Shown here in pieces: positions 12,519 through 26,709 of a stretch of DNA of 64,000 bases. Source of the stretch: Azolla caroliniana. Lineage: Eukaryota; Plantae; Polypodiophyta. A program made the position numbers and the translations under genes. The notes below the pieces were generated by a model. It did not search any database, was not told where the DNA came from, and saw only the letters and a program-made list of their open reading frames with translations. Location of the stretch: NCBI GenBank assembly GCA_043228905.1, contig JBHGNT010000020.1, positions 11,718,001 to 11,782,000 of the forward strand. Reading direction: 5' to 3'. Numbering within the stretch: the first letter of the stretch is position 1; each line of letters starts with the position of its first letter.

Positions 12519-13998
12519 AAACGTATATATATATCCAGCAAATATTCATAGATGTGAAAAAAGCACAAGAAGAGGAATACTTGTGAAGTGTCTTTATATC
12601 ATTTATACAAATGGTACCAAAGATCCAAGTGAGGAAGTTATCAAATGATGATGACCCTTTGTGTTCTGATCGAAGGAGCATATTTATGCAGTAACCACTG
12701 TATCATGCCCAACTTCACATTGATACATTATGCAAATGGAAATTGTGAAGCACGATATTATGATTTGAGATCCAAGCCAGGGAATAATCCTCTCATGAAG
12801 CATTTACTCAATTGTTTTTGAGAAAATGTGTAAGCGAAGGGTGCCATTTTGTTTCATTGGACCATGGAACCATCCCAACCTTAACCATGAATGAAACTTA
12901 ACTACTCATGCCACAAGTCAATCAAAGGCTACACGAATGGATTATTGACCAAGACATTGCAATGGAGTTACAATAGATTGGGCAATAGCAATTTGTCCAA
13001 CATGTGGACCTCAACTTTGTGGATCACAATCTCATTGCTCTTGCATTGGAGGATAAAGACCATTTTCTCCCACCATTGTAGGTGCTCCCCTCGCTTTAGA
13101 GGCCTCTCCATTCTAGATCAACCTATGCTAGAGATCTTTTGAAGACAAAAATTACAATATATTCTATTTGAGAATCTTGCATGCATAGATAACAAGATTC
13201 TTTAATCAATTTCATTTACATTTATTTATTTTGGTTTGGCATTTCATAAAGACATGACAACAAATGTAATCTCTTGTTTGGTCTTATAAGCCATTTTGAC
13301 CTCTTAAAAAGATGTTAATATATCTTTGGTTCTTCTCTTTGCTGAATTGAATGAGAAATACCTTGTACATAATTCTCTCTAAATGCATATATTTTGGAGG
13401 TCTTCGAAGTTATAACCCTACGTCTCTTAATTTCATCTTATGCTTATTCCTATCCTCATTCTCCTTTTATTCCCTCTTTCAAGCAAACAAAAATACAAAA
13501 ATCATGAGATAACATGAGTTATTAACGAGAATAAAACGCATTGCTAACCAGGAGCTTTTTGAATAAGGCTACCATTCTTGGTGAATGTTTGGTCATTCTA
13601 TCACTAGCACTCATGGTGTTTTGATAATCTTCAAGCCAGAAAAGGCTCCAATCCTTGCAATTGATCATGTTTTTACGTGCACATAAATGGGTCAATGTGA
13701 GATAAGTGTAATAACAAAAAGAATTAACTAAATGATAATGTAAATAATAAAAGTATGTAACTAGCCAAATGCAACTATGAATCCATACTTCCACAGAAAT
13801 GTGTTCTAGAACTCTTTCTTTTTACCAACATTTACCCTTGAAATCACACTTTTATGAACCCAAATATGATATAGATAAAATTGAAATAGGGTGCTCCAGG
13901 AAAAAATTCAGAACAGTTTGCCCTGAAACCTTTTATACATGGACTGTATGACAAAGAGGCCATGGGCATGATGCACTCTTTTAAGGGCTATTGTCTCT

Positions 13999-16900
13999 CT
14001 ATTCATCTGCAACAGCCAGCTCCAATGCATAATCATCTCGTTCCTGATGGTAAAGATACACTCTATTTAAATTCAAAACATCCCAAAGGTACTTTTAAAC
14101 AGTTATCTAAAACATATAGCACTCACCACTGGGCCCCCAGCAAAATATTGCCCAAACTGTAACCAATATACCTGGAAAAAGATAGTAAACTATCAGCGCA
14201 ATATATAGGTGATCTACTTACAGCCGAACACAAAAATTGGATGACCAAGTAAACAAAACAAATGTAATTGGATGACCTCATCTTCATCTTGAGTCTCCAC
14301 CTCGAGGTCTGAGAGTGGATATCCAACACAAAGAAGAGCATATCCCTGAAAATACATAAATAACTTTTTGTTCTTAAACCCAACAAATTGTGATGCTTAG
14401 ATAATTCAAAACTTCATACCCAAGGTTATTGACCAAATTCAAAAATACATAAATGAAGATGATGCCGAACCATCGGTCTATTGACTCAAATCAAGATATT
14501 CTTCGGCCCTTCCTCTTGATGAGCTCTAGTTCTCATAAAAAATGAGCTCACACAACCGCGAATTAGGCTCTAGTTCTTAACCAAAGAAACTCACACAGCC
14601 TACATATTGAGCAGAATAATGGATGTATGTATCAAGTATACATGCTATTCAGCCGTAAATGAATGAAATCTATTCAAAAATCATATCAGCTCAAATCAAG
14701 TGAGCTATAGCTCGCATTCAAATAAGCTTTGCTTAAATACATTTGACTCTAGAGGATGCTCATACATAAGACCTTCTTCAGCACCGATATCAAACACATC
14801 TCTTTGAGATCTCAACCCAAACATTTACCAAGTGCCTACAAGCAAGGCTGCCAAAAATGATAACCACTTTGGCGATCCAAATGAGGATTTCGGATACAAT
14901 GTATGGAAGTGCTTATCCTCCCTCAAAAGGTACATTTGCATGCCGGAGGTTCAATCTCTTGTACATGCATTTCACATTATCCTGAAATATTGTGGATGGG
15001 CAGTCCCATCCAGAATTTTAGAAACATAATAAAATTCCCTAAGAAAACCTGAAGTGGTATACCAATGAAAGAAACTCTTGACACATACATGTAACCAAGA
15101 TTATGAAGTCAAATTAAGGTTAGAGAGAATTTCTTGGCTGGACAAGCTTTGTATGACTATGGCTTGTAAAGTAGATCCAGATCCCACTCTACAAAAGGGA
15201 TAACTCCTCTTTTGCATGCATCCCATTCTTTCATAAAAGAGATATCATTTCCACTCTTTGTAGTCTGGATAATGTGTCAATTTCAATGTTGTAGAATCAT
15301 TGTTTTAGTAGTCAATTGTCAGTGACCATGATCTCAAAACTAAATTTAACAAGAATTTTCATAATAAAGACAACATTGCTCACAGACTTGCACTGATGAC
15401 CTTAAGTTTGCAAAGAATACGCTTTATGACTACAGCATTGTGTTTATATCCTTGAATTCTGGCATCTGAGTAAAGAAAGAAGTGAATCTATAACTGCTCA
15501 TATTTCGAAAGTTTCTTATATGATGTATAAAGCCAATGCTTTAAACATTGTGCCGTATCACAACATAGCTTGTTTATTATGATTTTATTTTGTGCTTAAC
15601 TCCACATCTAGGGACAACACTTTAAATCTCAATCCATGGCAGTAAATGGGCCCTTTTCTACATCTTGATTCATGATAGTAACTGAACCTTTTCCTACATA
15701 TTGATCTGCCTTACAACGAAGAACATCATTAAGTATATCATAATATATCTTTAATTAATTTATATGACATAAAAAGTTATAGCATGCAATTTATTTGATT
15801 GTGCATTATTTTACACCACCTTCAAAATGGCGCATTGCAAACCTGTTCTTTCAGCTCAGGAGAAATTCCAAGGGCTCGGGGCTGGTAAATCTCTCCTGAT
15901 TTCACACGAACAGCGCATGCAGTACAGCAACCTAGCAATCAAACTCAAAACAGAGGGGTTATTTATCACGAAAGATCTACTTCGAAAAAGTTGTCGTATT
16001 CTATTTACCAAAGTTTCTGAAAGATTTGCCTCAATATCAAGGATTTATAAGCCAAAAACATTTAGGGCTTCTCAATCCATAAATTTGTCCAAACATTTAT
16101 ATTTACTAAGTGCATGAGGTTCCTTATTGTTTATTCTGCTAGCCACGTAGCAGATATACTAGACTTTGTACCTAGAGGTAAGATTCTCACATCATTAAAG
16201 AACGTTTTCTCAATTTATTTAATGCAATGAAAACCATGCTATTTACCATGCCTACAGGAAAATGGCAGGTTTATATCTTGGTATTCAGCTGTGTGCAATA
16301 TGTACTGATCCTGCATACACCAATGAAATTAAAGTAAATAAATAAATTATAATCAGGAGACATTTACTTAAGGAGACCATCTCAAGAAGACCTTGAAATA
16401 ATCAAATAATCTAGCAATTCACTGGACACATTAAACAGTATAATATCAGAAATAATGCATGTATGTTATCCATATGATATACTCGATATTCGCATGACCC
16501 ATGAGCTGTAATATTGATTTCCGACATACAAGAAATTTAGTACCATAACCATTGCAAAGAAGTTTTTGAAACCATCTATATGATAAAAATGTAATATAAT
16601 CCATAGACCATGAGATACAATCAAGTTTGTGGTCATTGGAAAAAATATGTAGAATCGATTGCCTATAATAAAAAGGCATAGGATATAGGTCCATTTGCAA
16701 CATGGATGGATTTGTCCATGAGTCTGGATAGAAGGCCTTGAGTTTATGGATTTATAACCCTCAAGTGTACAATTTTTGTTCCAACTTTCATCACTGCCCA
16801 AGGTACACATTAGACACCCCCGGGTATAGAATGGAATGAGCGTCATACCTAAGATTCTAGCATGCTCTCTGCTCAGTGAATATGGTGGGATGGAGACAAG

Positions 16901-17978
16901 AGTGTTAATCTCTAATCCTTCAATTTGCTATTGCTTAATTACGACTAGCCTAGTAAATTACATGACTAAGATTATGGTTTGTGTGAGTAATCAGGAACAA
17001 AAGTTGAGGAATGATTCCTTGGCTGAAATTTCTTTAGCAATCAAAGCGCCCCATGTAACTAATCTCAAGACTAGACTAGAGCATCTTTGAGATAATGGTA
17101 TCCTCTTAAAACAGCTGGAATTCTCTCTGAGACCCTAATTTACGAATCTGAATAACATAATCATCCCATCAAATAAGCACCTCAAAACTTCTGAAAACAA
17201 ATTTAGGAATCTGAATAACGTAATCATCCAACCAAGAAGTCTAATATAAACATGCTTAAGAGATACTACCCTACAGAAAAAACAGACTTCAGCATCTCTG
17301 AAAAACCCTAATCCTCTCAAAACAAGCATCAAAACACAACTTCCATAAATAGAGTATCGGGCATCTCTGAGACAGCCCTCATCCTCTCAAGCATCAACAA
17401 ACCACTTCTAGAAGTATCTCACAAAAAAACACCTAATGCTACCAAAAAAACATGCCTGAATAAAATCAGTAAACTTCTATACATAGAAACATCTCTAAAA
17501 ACCCCAATCCTCCCCTAATAAGCAACTTACAATAAGAAAATTCATCTCTAAAAAAACCTAATCTTCAACATAAAAACAGCATAAACCTAAATTAATTGAT
17601 TAATTAAAAACTTCGCAAGAGAGGAAAAAAAAAAAGTTCAAAATATATGGAAAAAAAGCTTTGAAATCAATAAAAAATCATCACCTCGGGAACTTGAACC
17701 TTGTGCACAGACCCTGTTGTTCTGTCATGGACAGTAACTGTGTGAACAGGGACATCCAAAGCATCAGCATCAAAAGAGGTTCTCAATTCTCCTTCATCTT
17801 TATGTATGATCGCACTTCTGATTGCTTTACCCACAACTCTATTTGCATTCCTCCTCCTACTAAGCTCATCTATACTAAATTCTTCTCTCAGGTTGGATGA
17901 AAACTGTGAGAAAAATGAAGAAGAAGTAGTAGTGGTAGTAGAAGGGCACAATGATGTGGTAGCCATCGCCATAGCCAT
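13999..17978 (-). CDS. FDC2: Chloroplast ferredoxin C2 (2Fe-2S, C-terminally extended); exons 17978-17685, 16310-16247, 15931-15843, 14345-14277, 14171-14127, 14043-13999
   Basis: The spliced product is a transit peptide plus VPVHTVTVHDR...VPE|DQYILHTAE..LPFSCRHG|CCTACAVRVKSG...|GYALLCVGYPLSDLEVETQDEDE|VYWLQFGQYFAGGPV|ERDDYALELAVADE*. All introns are GT-AG and the phases are consistent. Confidence 0.93.
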
Positions 17979-18175
17979 AGGCAAAGGTTTTATACCATGG
18001 TCACAAAAAACCAATAAGACTGGGGATATACATACATACATTAACATACATAAAACAAGGAGCTCATTTCTAAAGCACTCTATCCTCCCTCACTAGTCTC
18101 TCTCTCTCTCTCTCTCTCACTATAACAATCGGGTCCAATTGGGTCTTGAACACATGGTGTCGTCGTGATACCTGA

Positions 18176-18407
18176 GAATGAATGGATCAATGGATGGATG
18201 AATGAATGGATCAATGGATGGATGGATGGGCTCTTGCTATTCTCAAAAAAGGCCATGATTGGATCCGTAACATTGTCGAAATTGCCCCAAGTGAATGAAT
18301 GAATGAATGGATGGATGGATGGATGGATGCATGGATGCATGGATGGATGGGCTCTCGCTATTCTCAGAGAAGGCCACGATTGGTTCAGTAACATTGTCGA
18401 AATTTTG
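18176..18407. repeat. About 120-bp tandem duplication containing (GGAT/GAAT)n, upstream of FdC2
   Basis: Two copies of ...ggatgggctc(t)tgctattctca..aggcca.gattgg...gtaacattgtcgaaatt. Confidence 0.75.
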
Positions 18408-19144
18408 GACACAAGGGCTCTCGAGTATTATCTTTCCTTAGTTCGTTAGACCCACCCCATCAATTCCATGGACTTTTGAACATGTTTCCTTGTTCTTGCC
18501 TACTTACACCCTTGCCCCCCATAAGTCTACTCAATTGTTTGCATGTTGCTTTGTTGCAGCTAAACTAACTTTGTTCAAAAGCTTGTTGTACCCAACTAGA
18601 TCTGCCAAATTTTTGTTTGGGCTAAACCTCATATACATATAGCAATCTAGGCCTAGGAGTAATTTGATGATGTTGAGACGGTTCAATTCAAAAGTGTTGG
18701 CATTGTGAGTGTCTTTGTTAGTTGTTGTGAGATGAGATGATCTGATTGACTCAAAAGCGTACGAGCATCTTTTGTATGGAGTTATCAAGCTAACAAGTGT
18801 TGGATGAAGGTCTAATTCACTATTCTTGTCAAGAAGATATACACATAGAGAGAGAAAGAGAGGTCGACTGTTTCACAGTTTTGCTCAAGAGCCTAATCTT
18901 ACGTTTCTCGTCAAACCCACGTTACAAAGAGTCAGTTACCCACTTATGTAGTTAGGTTAACTGAGTGTTCACACTAGAGATACAATATGGGTAGAGTGGA
19001 ACTTTTATCCCAACAAGAAGCTCCCTATTATGCTTCGAGATTGATATTGGTGATCCTAATGGTTTTCGTGACAAGGGTTGTACAATTTTGGAAAGGCACA
19101 AATATTGGTTTGTCTTGTTACCTCATTCATCTATTGGCTCTTAA

Positions 19145-20158
19145 TGTCACATTCTAAACTCGAACCTCTGACCCGTCACACACCCATCACATGGTGTTGT
19201 GTTAGATAAACCATATGGAAACTCTTGAGTTATATGTGAACTTGCATATGGTTTAATATTGTATAGGCTAGCATATAGTACGTTCCAAAATATTATAGTC
19301 TTTAGTATATTCTAGAGATATTTCTCGGGTATATTCTAAAGATATTCAATCTCGGAACTTGTACATATAAATATGTGTGTTCACCTAGATTGCAATCAAG
19401 GTGAACAACACTGGTTGCAGAATCTTTCAATTCATAAATTCATCCATTCGATTTCTTCTAGTCTTGCGTGCATATTATCTATTCATGACAATTTGTTCAC
19501 CTTCCCATTCTCGTATTTCTCCCTCTCATTAGTCGTAGCCATGCCCATCCAACTAGTGACTTAAGCCAAATAATGGCAATCTTACAACCACTCTAGCTTG
19601 AAAATGAAGCTCTTTAGAATTCTTTATGAGAACTTCAAGCCGAGGTGAACCCCGGGTCACCCACATGACGTGTGGAAATACTCACCACTACAATACCCCG
19701 ACTTAAGGTTCTTGTAAAGAATCCCGAAGAGCTTCATTTTCAAGCTGGAGTTGTTGTAAGGCTACCATTATTTGGCTTAAGTCACTAGCTGGGTTGCACA
19801 TGGCTATGACTAATGAGAGAGATGAGAATGGGAAGGTGAATAAATTGTCATGAATAGATAATATGCACAAGAGACTAGAAGAAAATCGAATGGATGAGTT
19901 GATGAATTGAAAAACTCCGTAACCGGTGTTGATGATGGCCATTGGCAACCTAGGTGAGCACACATATTTATACAAGTTCCGAGATTGAATACCTTTCGAA
20001 TATATCTAGAATATACTAAACACTAGAATATTTTTTAATGTACTATATGCTATACTATATAATAAAGTATTAACAAAAGAGTTTCCATATGGTTTATCTA
20101 ATACACCTTTATGTATTGGGTGTGTGATAGGTTAGAGGTTCGAGTCTAAAATGTGACA
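19145..20158. mobile_element. Fold-back element made of two inverted LTR/gag 5' fragments
   Basis: Begins TGTCACA and ends TGTGACA. The arms 19145-19645 and 19696-20158 are reverse complements, and each ends in a gag-like N-terminus (DLSQIMVALQQLQLENEALRDSLQE). It shares tattctagagatattt motifs with the LTR at 36854. Confidence 0.7.
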
Positions 20159-20750
20159 CTCGAAGCTTTTTGTTAACACAATTGTACATGATATGGAATG
20201 CAAAAATATTGTTTGTCTTGTTGCCTCTTTTAAGATCTCATGTTCACACAATTGCTATGAAAAATGTTTGGAAGCCCGATCTATGGTTTTTGTTGGTTCA
20301 TGCACTTCATCGATGAGCATGTCCTAGGAAAGCAAATGTGTAGATATACATACAAACAATGGTATTTTGTGTAGACACTTTACTTGTAAACAACCAATCT
20401 CCCTCCATTTAGTAACGCATGCACTTCTCTTAGTCTTTTCATCTCATCGCGAGTTGGAGAACGAGAACATGCCGACAATGTATGAAATGCCGATGTTTTG
20501 TAACTTTGTAGTCTTTCGTCGACAACAATATTATATTCGATGCCCATTCGCTTCCCCACTCTCAAGCAAGTCTATTTGCAATTGATGCAACTCAACTCGA
20601 AGACACGCATGCAAGTAAGATACGAAAAAAAGAAAAGAGTAGGCCAACTCCAAATTAGTTGAGATGTGTTGTAACATGCGAGATAACAAATAATATACAA
20701 AGTTTAATGAGTACATTGACACACATGAGCCTAAGTTTGATCCATAGCTA

Positions 20751-21425
20751 GAGTTGGAGTTGGAGTTGGAGTTGGAGCTAAAGCTCGAGCTTAAACCTGA
20801 TCTTGAGCCAGAGTTGGAACTTGATCTTGAGCTTGAGCTTGAGCCTAACAATGGGCACGGTTCGGTTCGGTTTCCTGGCCTTGAAACCAAACCAAACCAT
20901 TTATTTATATTAAAAACCAAACCAAACTGTTTTAATTTTATGAAGCCATTTAATTTGAACCGTTTAAACCCTAAACCTTTAAACCAAACCACATAAGCCG
21001 AAACTGCTAAATCGTGAAATTCAAAACCAAACCGAACCGAACCGAACCCGATAAGCCGCTAAACCATGAAATTCAAAACCGAACCGAACCGAAACCAAAC
21101 CGGATCATAATATTTGAAACCAAACCAAACGGTTTATCGATCTTTGAACCAATAAACCGTTAAGCCATGGCTTAACGGTTCAGTTCGGTTTGAGCCGAAA
21201 CCGTGCCCATTGTTACTTGAGCTGGAGCCAGAGCCAGAGCCAGAGCCAGAGCTCGAACCTGATCCTGATCCTAAGCTTCAGCCTGAGCCTGAGCCTGAGC
21301 CTGAGCTCAATCGAGACCATGACCATGACCATGACCACTACCACATGGGTGGTTGGGTTGGAGCCTGAGCCCTGCGGCCTGAGCTTGAGCTTGAGTCCGA
21401 GCGAGACTATGACCATGACCACTAA
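20751..21425. repeat. Hexamer minisatellite (GAGYTN/GACCAT) split by a MITE
   Basis: gagttg/gagctt/gagcct/gagcca/gaccat runs lie on both sides of the MITE. Confidence 0.8.
20846..21215. mobile_element. hAT-type MITE, family B
   Basis: 17-bp TIR taacaatgggcacggtt...aaccgtgcccattgtta, 8-bp TSD cttgagcc/cttgagct, and many internal AACCG repeats. Confidence 0.85.
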
Positions 21426-21493
21426 CTACCACACGGGTGGCTGTGTCTGATGGGCGCCCTAATGTGAAACGGAGAACCTCGAAGAGGAGAGAA

Positions 21494-21502
21494 TTAGGGT
21501 TT
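21494..21502. promoter_or_regulatory. Telo-box (AAACCCTAA) upstream of RPL31
   Basis: TTAGGGTTT lies about 100 nt before the ATG. Telo-boxes are typical of plant translation-machinery genes. Confidence 0.6.
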
Positions 21503-21594
21503 CTATCTTCTCCTCCTGCTCCTTTCTCCTTTCTCCTTTCTCCTTCGGATTCTTCTGATTCTCCTGCAGATCAGAAGGCCTCACAGCAACCGCC

Positions 21595-24064
21595 ATGGTG
21601 GAGAAAGGTAAGAGCCGCAAGGATGAGATCGTCACCCGTGAATACACCATCAATCTTCACAAACGCCTCCATAGCTGGTACGCTTCTCCTTCCTTTCTCC
21701 TTCTTCTCCTTCTTCTCCTGCTTTGATGCCGTCATCTCATCTGAAGCGTTTCCTGCTGAATGCGTCGGTTATTCATTCGTCTCTCTGGTTATGCGTGAAG
21801 CTTCTCCTAGCAGGAAACTTCCTTTTCCCAGAAACTCTGTACGGGTATCTTCTTAAAGAAGCTTCTATTTGTGGTGATGGAGTATTTGTTTTCTTTTTTC
21901 TTCTCCTAATCAGAAACAGAGCTTCTAACAGACATTTGATTATTTGGAAAAGTACGTTTTGCTTCTTTCTTCTCTTATTTACGTGATGTCCATGTAAGCC
22001 AAAGCTTCTGTTGTTCTGAAATCAATTTACTTTTATAAGAAGCATTTTCTTTCCGTTTCTTCTTCATTTTGGAACAAAACCTTCGAATTGTGGTATGTAG
22101 ACTTGCTTCTTCTTGCACCGTACAACCAGGAGATTCGTACTGTCTGATACTGATTTGCAGCTTTTCTTTTTCGTCATATTCTTCAGATTCTTAAAGAAGC
22201 ATTTTTTTTGGTGTATGATTGCTTTTCTTCTTCTCCTCGTTTAGGATTTCACGCCTCTTGCTGATTTTTCCTCGTCGGAGGAGTAGCTTCTAAAATAATT
22301 TTTTTTGATCCAAGAGCGACTGCTTCTTTTCGTCCTTGGCAATGCAGCTTCTAGCAGAATCCCTCATCTGAAATTGTTTTAGCTTCTCCTCTTTTGGGAT
22401 TTTCCTTCTAAACGAAACATTTGTTTTGAAACCAGGCCTACTTCTATTAGTCCTTGGAAATTTGCTTTCTAGCAGAATGTTAATTCGGTTTTCTTGTTCT
22501 CTCGTTCGGATATGTGGATCCTCATTATCTGAATTCACTTCGGTTCTCTCATTCCCTTATTTGGAGAATTAGGTTCGTAATGAAGGTTCTTTGCATTCAA
22601 ACTCCAAATTCTTCTCCTCTTTAGATTTGTAGTTTCTACAATGAAACCTCGTTTTTGTTTAAATTAGTTTGGTTTCGTCCCTTTAGAGTTCATTATCTCT
22701 ATAATGAATATAGCTTTTGTCCCTGCGGTCTTGACTTCCAACGTCACATGAGTTTATCACATCAATGTTTGTAAGAATACTTATCGCTACAAGTATTGCT
22801 TTTTTTCATACCCTTCTTTGTTCCATAGTTATACAGAACTGATCAGTATTTTACACAGCTTATTTTTTCAGTGATTTAAGTGAATGAATTAATGCTCCTA
22901 GCTTCTTCGAAGCTTAATTCATTCGATGTCTGATGTCCTTGAACCATGAAAGCGAAAAAGATCTGCCTTCTTAGAGTGTGTTTTTAATGGTGTCAAGGAA
23001 ATGCTTATGTCAATACTCAAATCTATATTGAAATATTGCTGTTGGATTTTGCTAATAATTTTTGTAGTTATCATAGAGGAAGTTTTCAATCCATTGAATA
23101 AGTTTTGTTAGTGCATTTCAAGCGCTAATGCTATAAGAAACAATATATGCCTCAGATTTTGATTCTATTAGTGTTGCTAGAACTTATGAGTTGCTTAGCT
23201 ATGTAAGATGTAAGCAGTGCATGCTGGTTCACAATAAATTCCAGCAACTTTCTAGTGCATTGTCCGTCGAAGTCATCTAGACTTTTTAGCTCCACAGTTA
23301 AGTATGAAGTGATGCTTCACAGTGCATTGAAGAAGCTCTGTTCGTTCTTTCTGGAGTTCTCTAGATTATGAATAAATCTCTGGTTCACATAACATCTAAA
23401 AAGTATTGACAGATAAGTGTATCTGCATAGTATCGAAGAATTCTGAATCAATTCTGCACTATGTATTCAAGAAGTTTTGTCAGTATTTTTTTGAGCGGTT
23501 ATGGATATAGTATAATCAATCTATGTGTAGCAATGTGTTAAGAAAGTGTTGTATAAGTGGTTTTTATAGGGCTTAGCTGATATCCTTGCTCTATGCTTCA
23601 AATCACATTCATAAAATGCTGTTAGACCTTTTTATCATGTTATTTTTGCAAAGTTTTAGTGTTGATTTTTGGGTTTGTATATTTTTATAAAAAGCCATTT
23701 ATATATTTCATCATGCATTCAGAAAGTGCTGTATTAAGGGCTGTTAAAAGTAGAGTTTTGCTGATGCCATTTCTCCATGGTTCACAGTACATTCAAGAAG
23801 AAGGCGCCAAAGGCTGTAAAGGAGATCAAGAAGTTTGCTCAGAAAGCAATGGGAACTACTGATGTTCGTGTGGATGTGAAGCTGAACAAACACTTGTGGA
23901 GCCGAGGAGTGAGAAATGTTCCTCGAAGGGTTAGGGTTCGAATTGCTCGGAAGCGCAATGTCGAAGAAGATGCCAAGGAAGATCTTTACTCCTATGTTAC
24001 TATTGCTGATGTGCCTTCCACTGGATTAAGAAATCTCGGCACTAAGGTTGTAGAAGAAGATTAG
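21595..24064 (+). CDS. RPL31: 60S ribosomal protein L31 (eL31); exons 21595-21677 and 23788-24064
   Basis: [28 protein letters not shown]|[57 protein letters not shown], with a phase-2 GT-AG intron. Confidence 0.97.
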
Positions 24065-25604
24065 AGTAGATAGATGGATTATGATTGTAATGCTTTTCTG
24101 CATTCCAATTGCTTTCGAGTGTTTTGAACAGTAATTGATTTCCATTGCTAATTGCATGACATTTTTCTTTACTCGTCTCTTCTTTTTGAAATACGAAGAA
24201 TCGATGGACTCGGATGGACTTGGTTTTAAAGAGATTTGTGATCACTGGAGTTTTTATATTACTGTCATATTAGTTGATTATTAGTGACTGCAATGGCAAT
24301 GCTTCCTTCCCAAGTTTTCAACTACAACAGATCTAAACCACCCTAATTGCAAGATTACGGTTAGCGTTCTGTAATGTAAAAGATGAAGGAATTCACTTGA
24401 AAATGATTGGAAAGATCATTCTTATACACCATTTCTATCACGTTTCTTTTGGGAGGATAAATGGCACAGATAATGCCGTAATTTTTTTTTTTGCGACTTA
24501 AGGTAAATAAATGTCTTCATTATTCTTCCTATTTTAGGTGTCTTTGTCAGTTTGCATTTAGAGGCTTTCTCTGTTTATAATGTGAAGGTCAATGGACTCT
24601 ACTCTCAGTTAAATGTATCAATTATATACACCAATATGTGGTATGCAGTTTGTTATTATCTTCAATCAATATGTCTGAGAATGCAAAACCTATACGTTTC
24701 ATGACAAATTCGGCTTTTTTATTTTTAAAAACCACGTTAAAGACAAATTCTTCACATGCATATGCTTACCCTTGCCTCCAGCTAAAAGCTTATAGGTAAA
24801 CCTTGTTATGCAACACGTTGTCAAAGGGTAAAGGTGTTTTCCCTAATGATCTTCTCTAATTTGCTAGGAAAACCTTTGACATTTCTTGCACATTATTGGT
24901 GATGAGCATAATCTCCTCGTTGTGGTATAAAGAGTGGGGTCAAAGGTATTGAAAAAGAGGAAAATAACATGTACTTGTTTGAGTGTAATGTAAATGGCTT
25001 TGAAAATGAGAAACTCATGGGACCAATAAATACGCGTTTATCTTCGTCAATTGTACTATGGAAAGAGCCTAATGTTTGTCTTTATACATAGGTAAAATAA
25101 ACATGAAGCCCAACATTGTTGGTAGCCAAAATGTTGATAGGGTATAATGTTATAGTGTAGTTGTAGACCAATAGTATGGGCTCTAGACTTTATATGTGAT
25201 ATGCGTTCCAAACAAGAATACACCTTTGAATGAGTCTCAACAATAAGCTCATTATTGCTTCTCCAATAACTTGTTGTTGGGCAAGTGCACTCCTTTGCAT
25301 TGGTGGTCGAATATTAGAAATCGACACAATTGGAGTATTAGAAACTAAGTTCTTGTTTGACCGATAGTCTCTCCTACATAGTTCTAGAAGGAAGTATGCA
25401 TGCATGAAAGGGAATTGGGTTTTGGTAGGTACTTTTTATGTTTTGCTTTGTATTTGAGCTCTTTGAGCATCCTCATCCCCTTGGCCATCAAAGGAGTTTG
25501 TCACGATGCAAGCTAATCTTACAAAAACGAAATGTGAGAAGGGATTATTGACCTTGGCCCATAAGATCTCCACGATTGGTTGGCTAACTAGCTAATTGTA
25601 TGTA

Positions 25605-26042
25605 TAACAATCAGCAACGGTTCAGTTCGATTCAATTCAACTTGGAACTTAAAAAATTGAATCAATAAAGGAACTTAAACTGAATTGAACCGAACCATGA
25701 AATTGTTTAAATTGAACTATTACAACAAATTCAAGCTCAAACCAAATGGTTTTAGAGACATTCAAATGTTTAAATTTTAAACCATTAAACCGTTAAAACA
25801 GTGGTTTTAACTTTTGTGGTTCAGTTTTGGTTTTCAAGTTAGGTCAAAATTCAAAATTTCACATTTTAATTATTATTTTTTAAAAATGGTCTATAAACCG
25901 TTTGAACCATGGTTTCAAACTGTTTAAATCAATAAAGGCTCAAATTGAACCGAACAAAACCAATAAACTCCCAAACCGAACCGAACTGTTTATACTGTAA
26001 AGCTGTTAAGCCGTGGTTTCGTGGTACCATGGTCGATTGTTA
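25605..26042. mobile_element. hAT-type MITE, family B
   Basis: Termini taacaatc...gattgtta, a perfect 8-bp TSD tgtatgta, and an AACCG-rich interior. Confidence 0.85.
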
Positions 26043-26124
26043 TGTATGTATGTATTGTGGGTAGTAGAGCAAGAGCAAGGTGTATTTTTTTGCATTGTAT
26101 TGTCGTGTGTCGGCTATATATATA

Positions 26125-26155
<31 letters not shown>

Positions 26156-26502
26156 GCTTCGATGTTACAAGAGACCACGAAGAAGAGACGAGCAAAAAAA
26201 GCAATGGAACGGAAGGGCTGCTTTTACGGTCCCGAGCCAAATTGAAGCCTTTTCAAGTTTTCTCGTTTTTCCGAAGAAGAAGAAAACGAAGAAGAAGAAG
26301 AAGAAGATAAACGAAGAAGAAGAAGAAGAGGAGAAGGGCTAGATTTATAATTTCGGATAAAAAAAATGCGAAAAATAAAAACGCAAAACGCAAAACGCAA
26401 AAAGCCAAAAATAACGTCGGATCTTGTCCCAGTCTTTCTTTCTGTTTTGTGTATGTATTTATACGTTGTATGATTCGTGAAGAAATCTCTGCACGCACAG
26501 AA

Positions 26503-26702
26503 TTAGGGTTTGAACAGCGAGATAGAGAATTAGGGTTTGTTTCCGGGTGGGGAGAGACAGATCCAGGTCTTGCTCAGAGAGAAAGAGAGAGCGAGAGCGA
26601 GAGAGAGTGCGTGTGCGTGTTAGGGTTTGCAAAGAGAAAGAGATTGTTGGGGTCTGAAGAGAAAGAGGGAACTAGGGTTTGGTGAGAGAGAATTTAGGGT
26701 TT
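26503..26702. promoter_or_regulatory. Cluster of five telo-box-like motifs upstream of Sec61 beta
   Basis: (T)TAGGGTTT at about 26503, 26530, 26620, 26673 and 26694. Confidence 0.65.
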
Positions 26703-26709
26703 CTCAGGG

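Noticed and set aside
20531-21450. ORFs with ELELEL, SNSNS or LRLRL runs
   Set aside because: They are translations of a hexamer minisatellite and a MITE.
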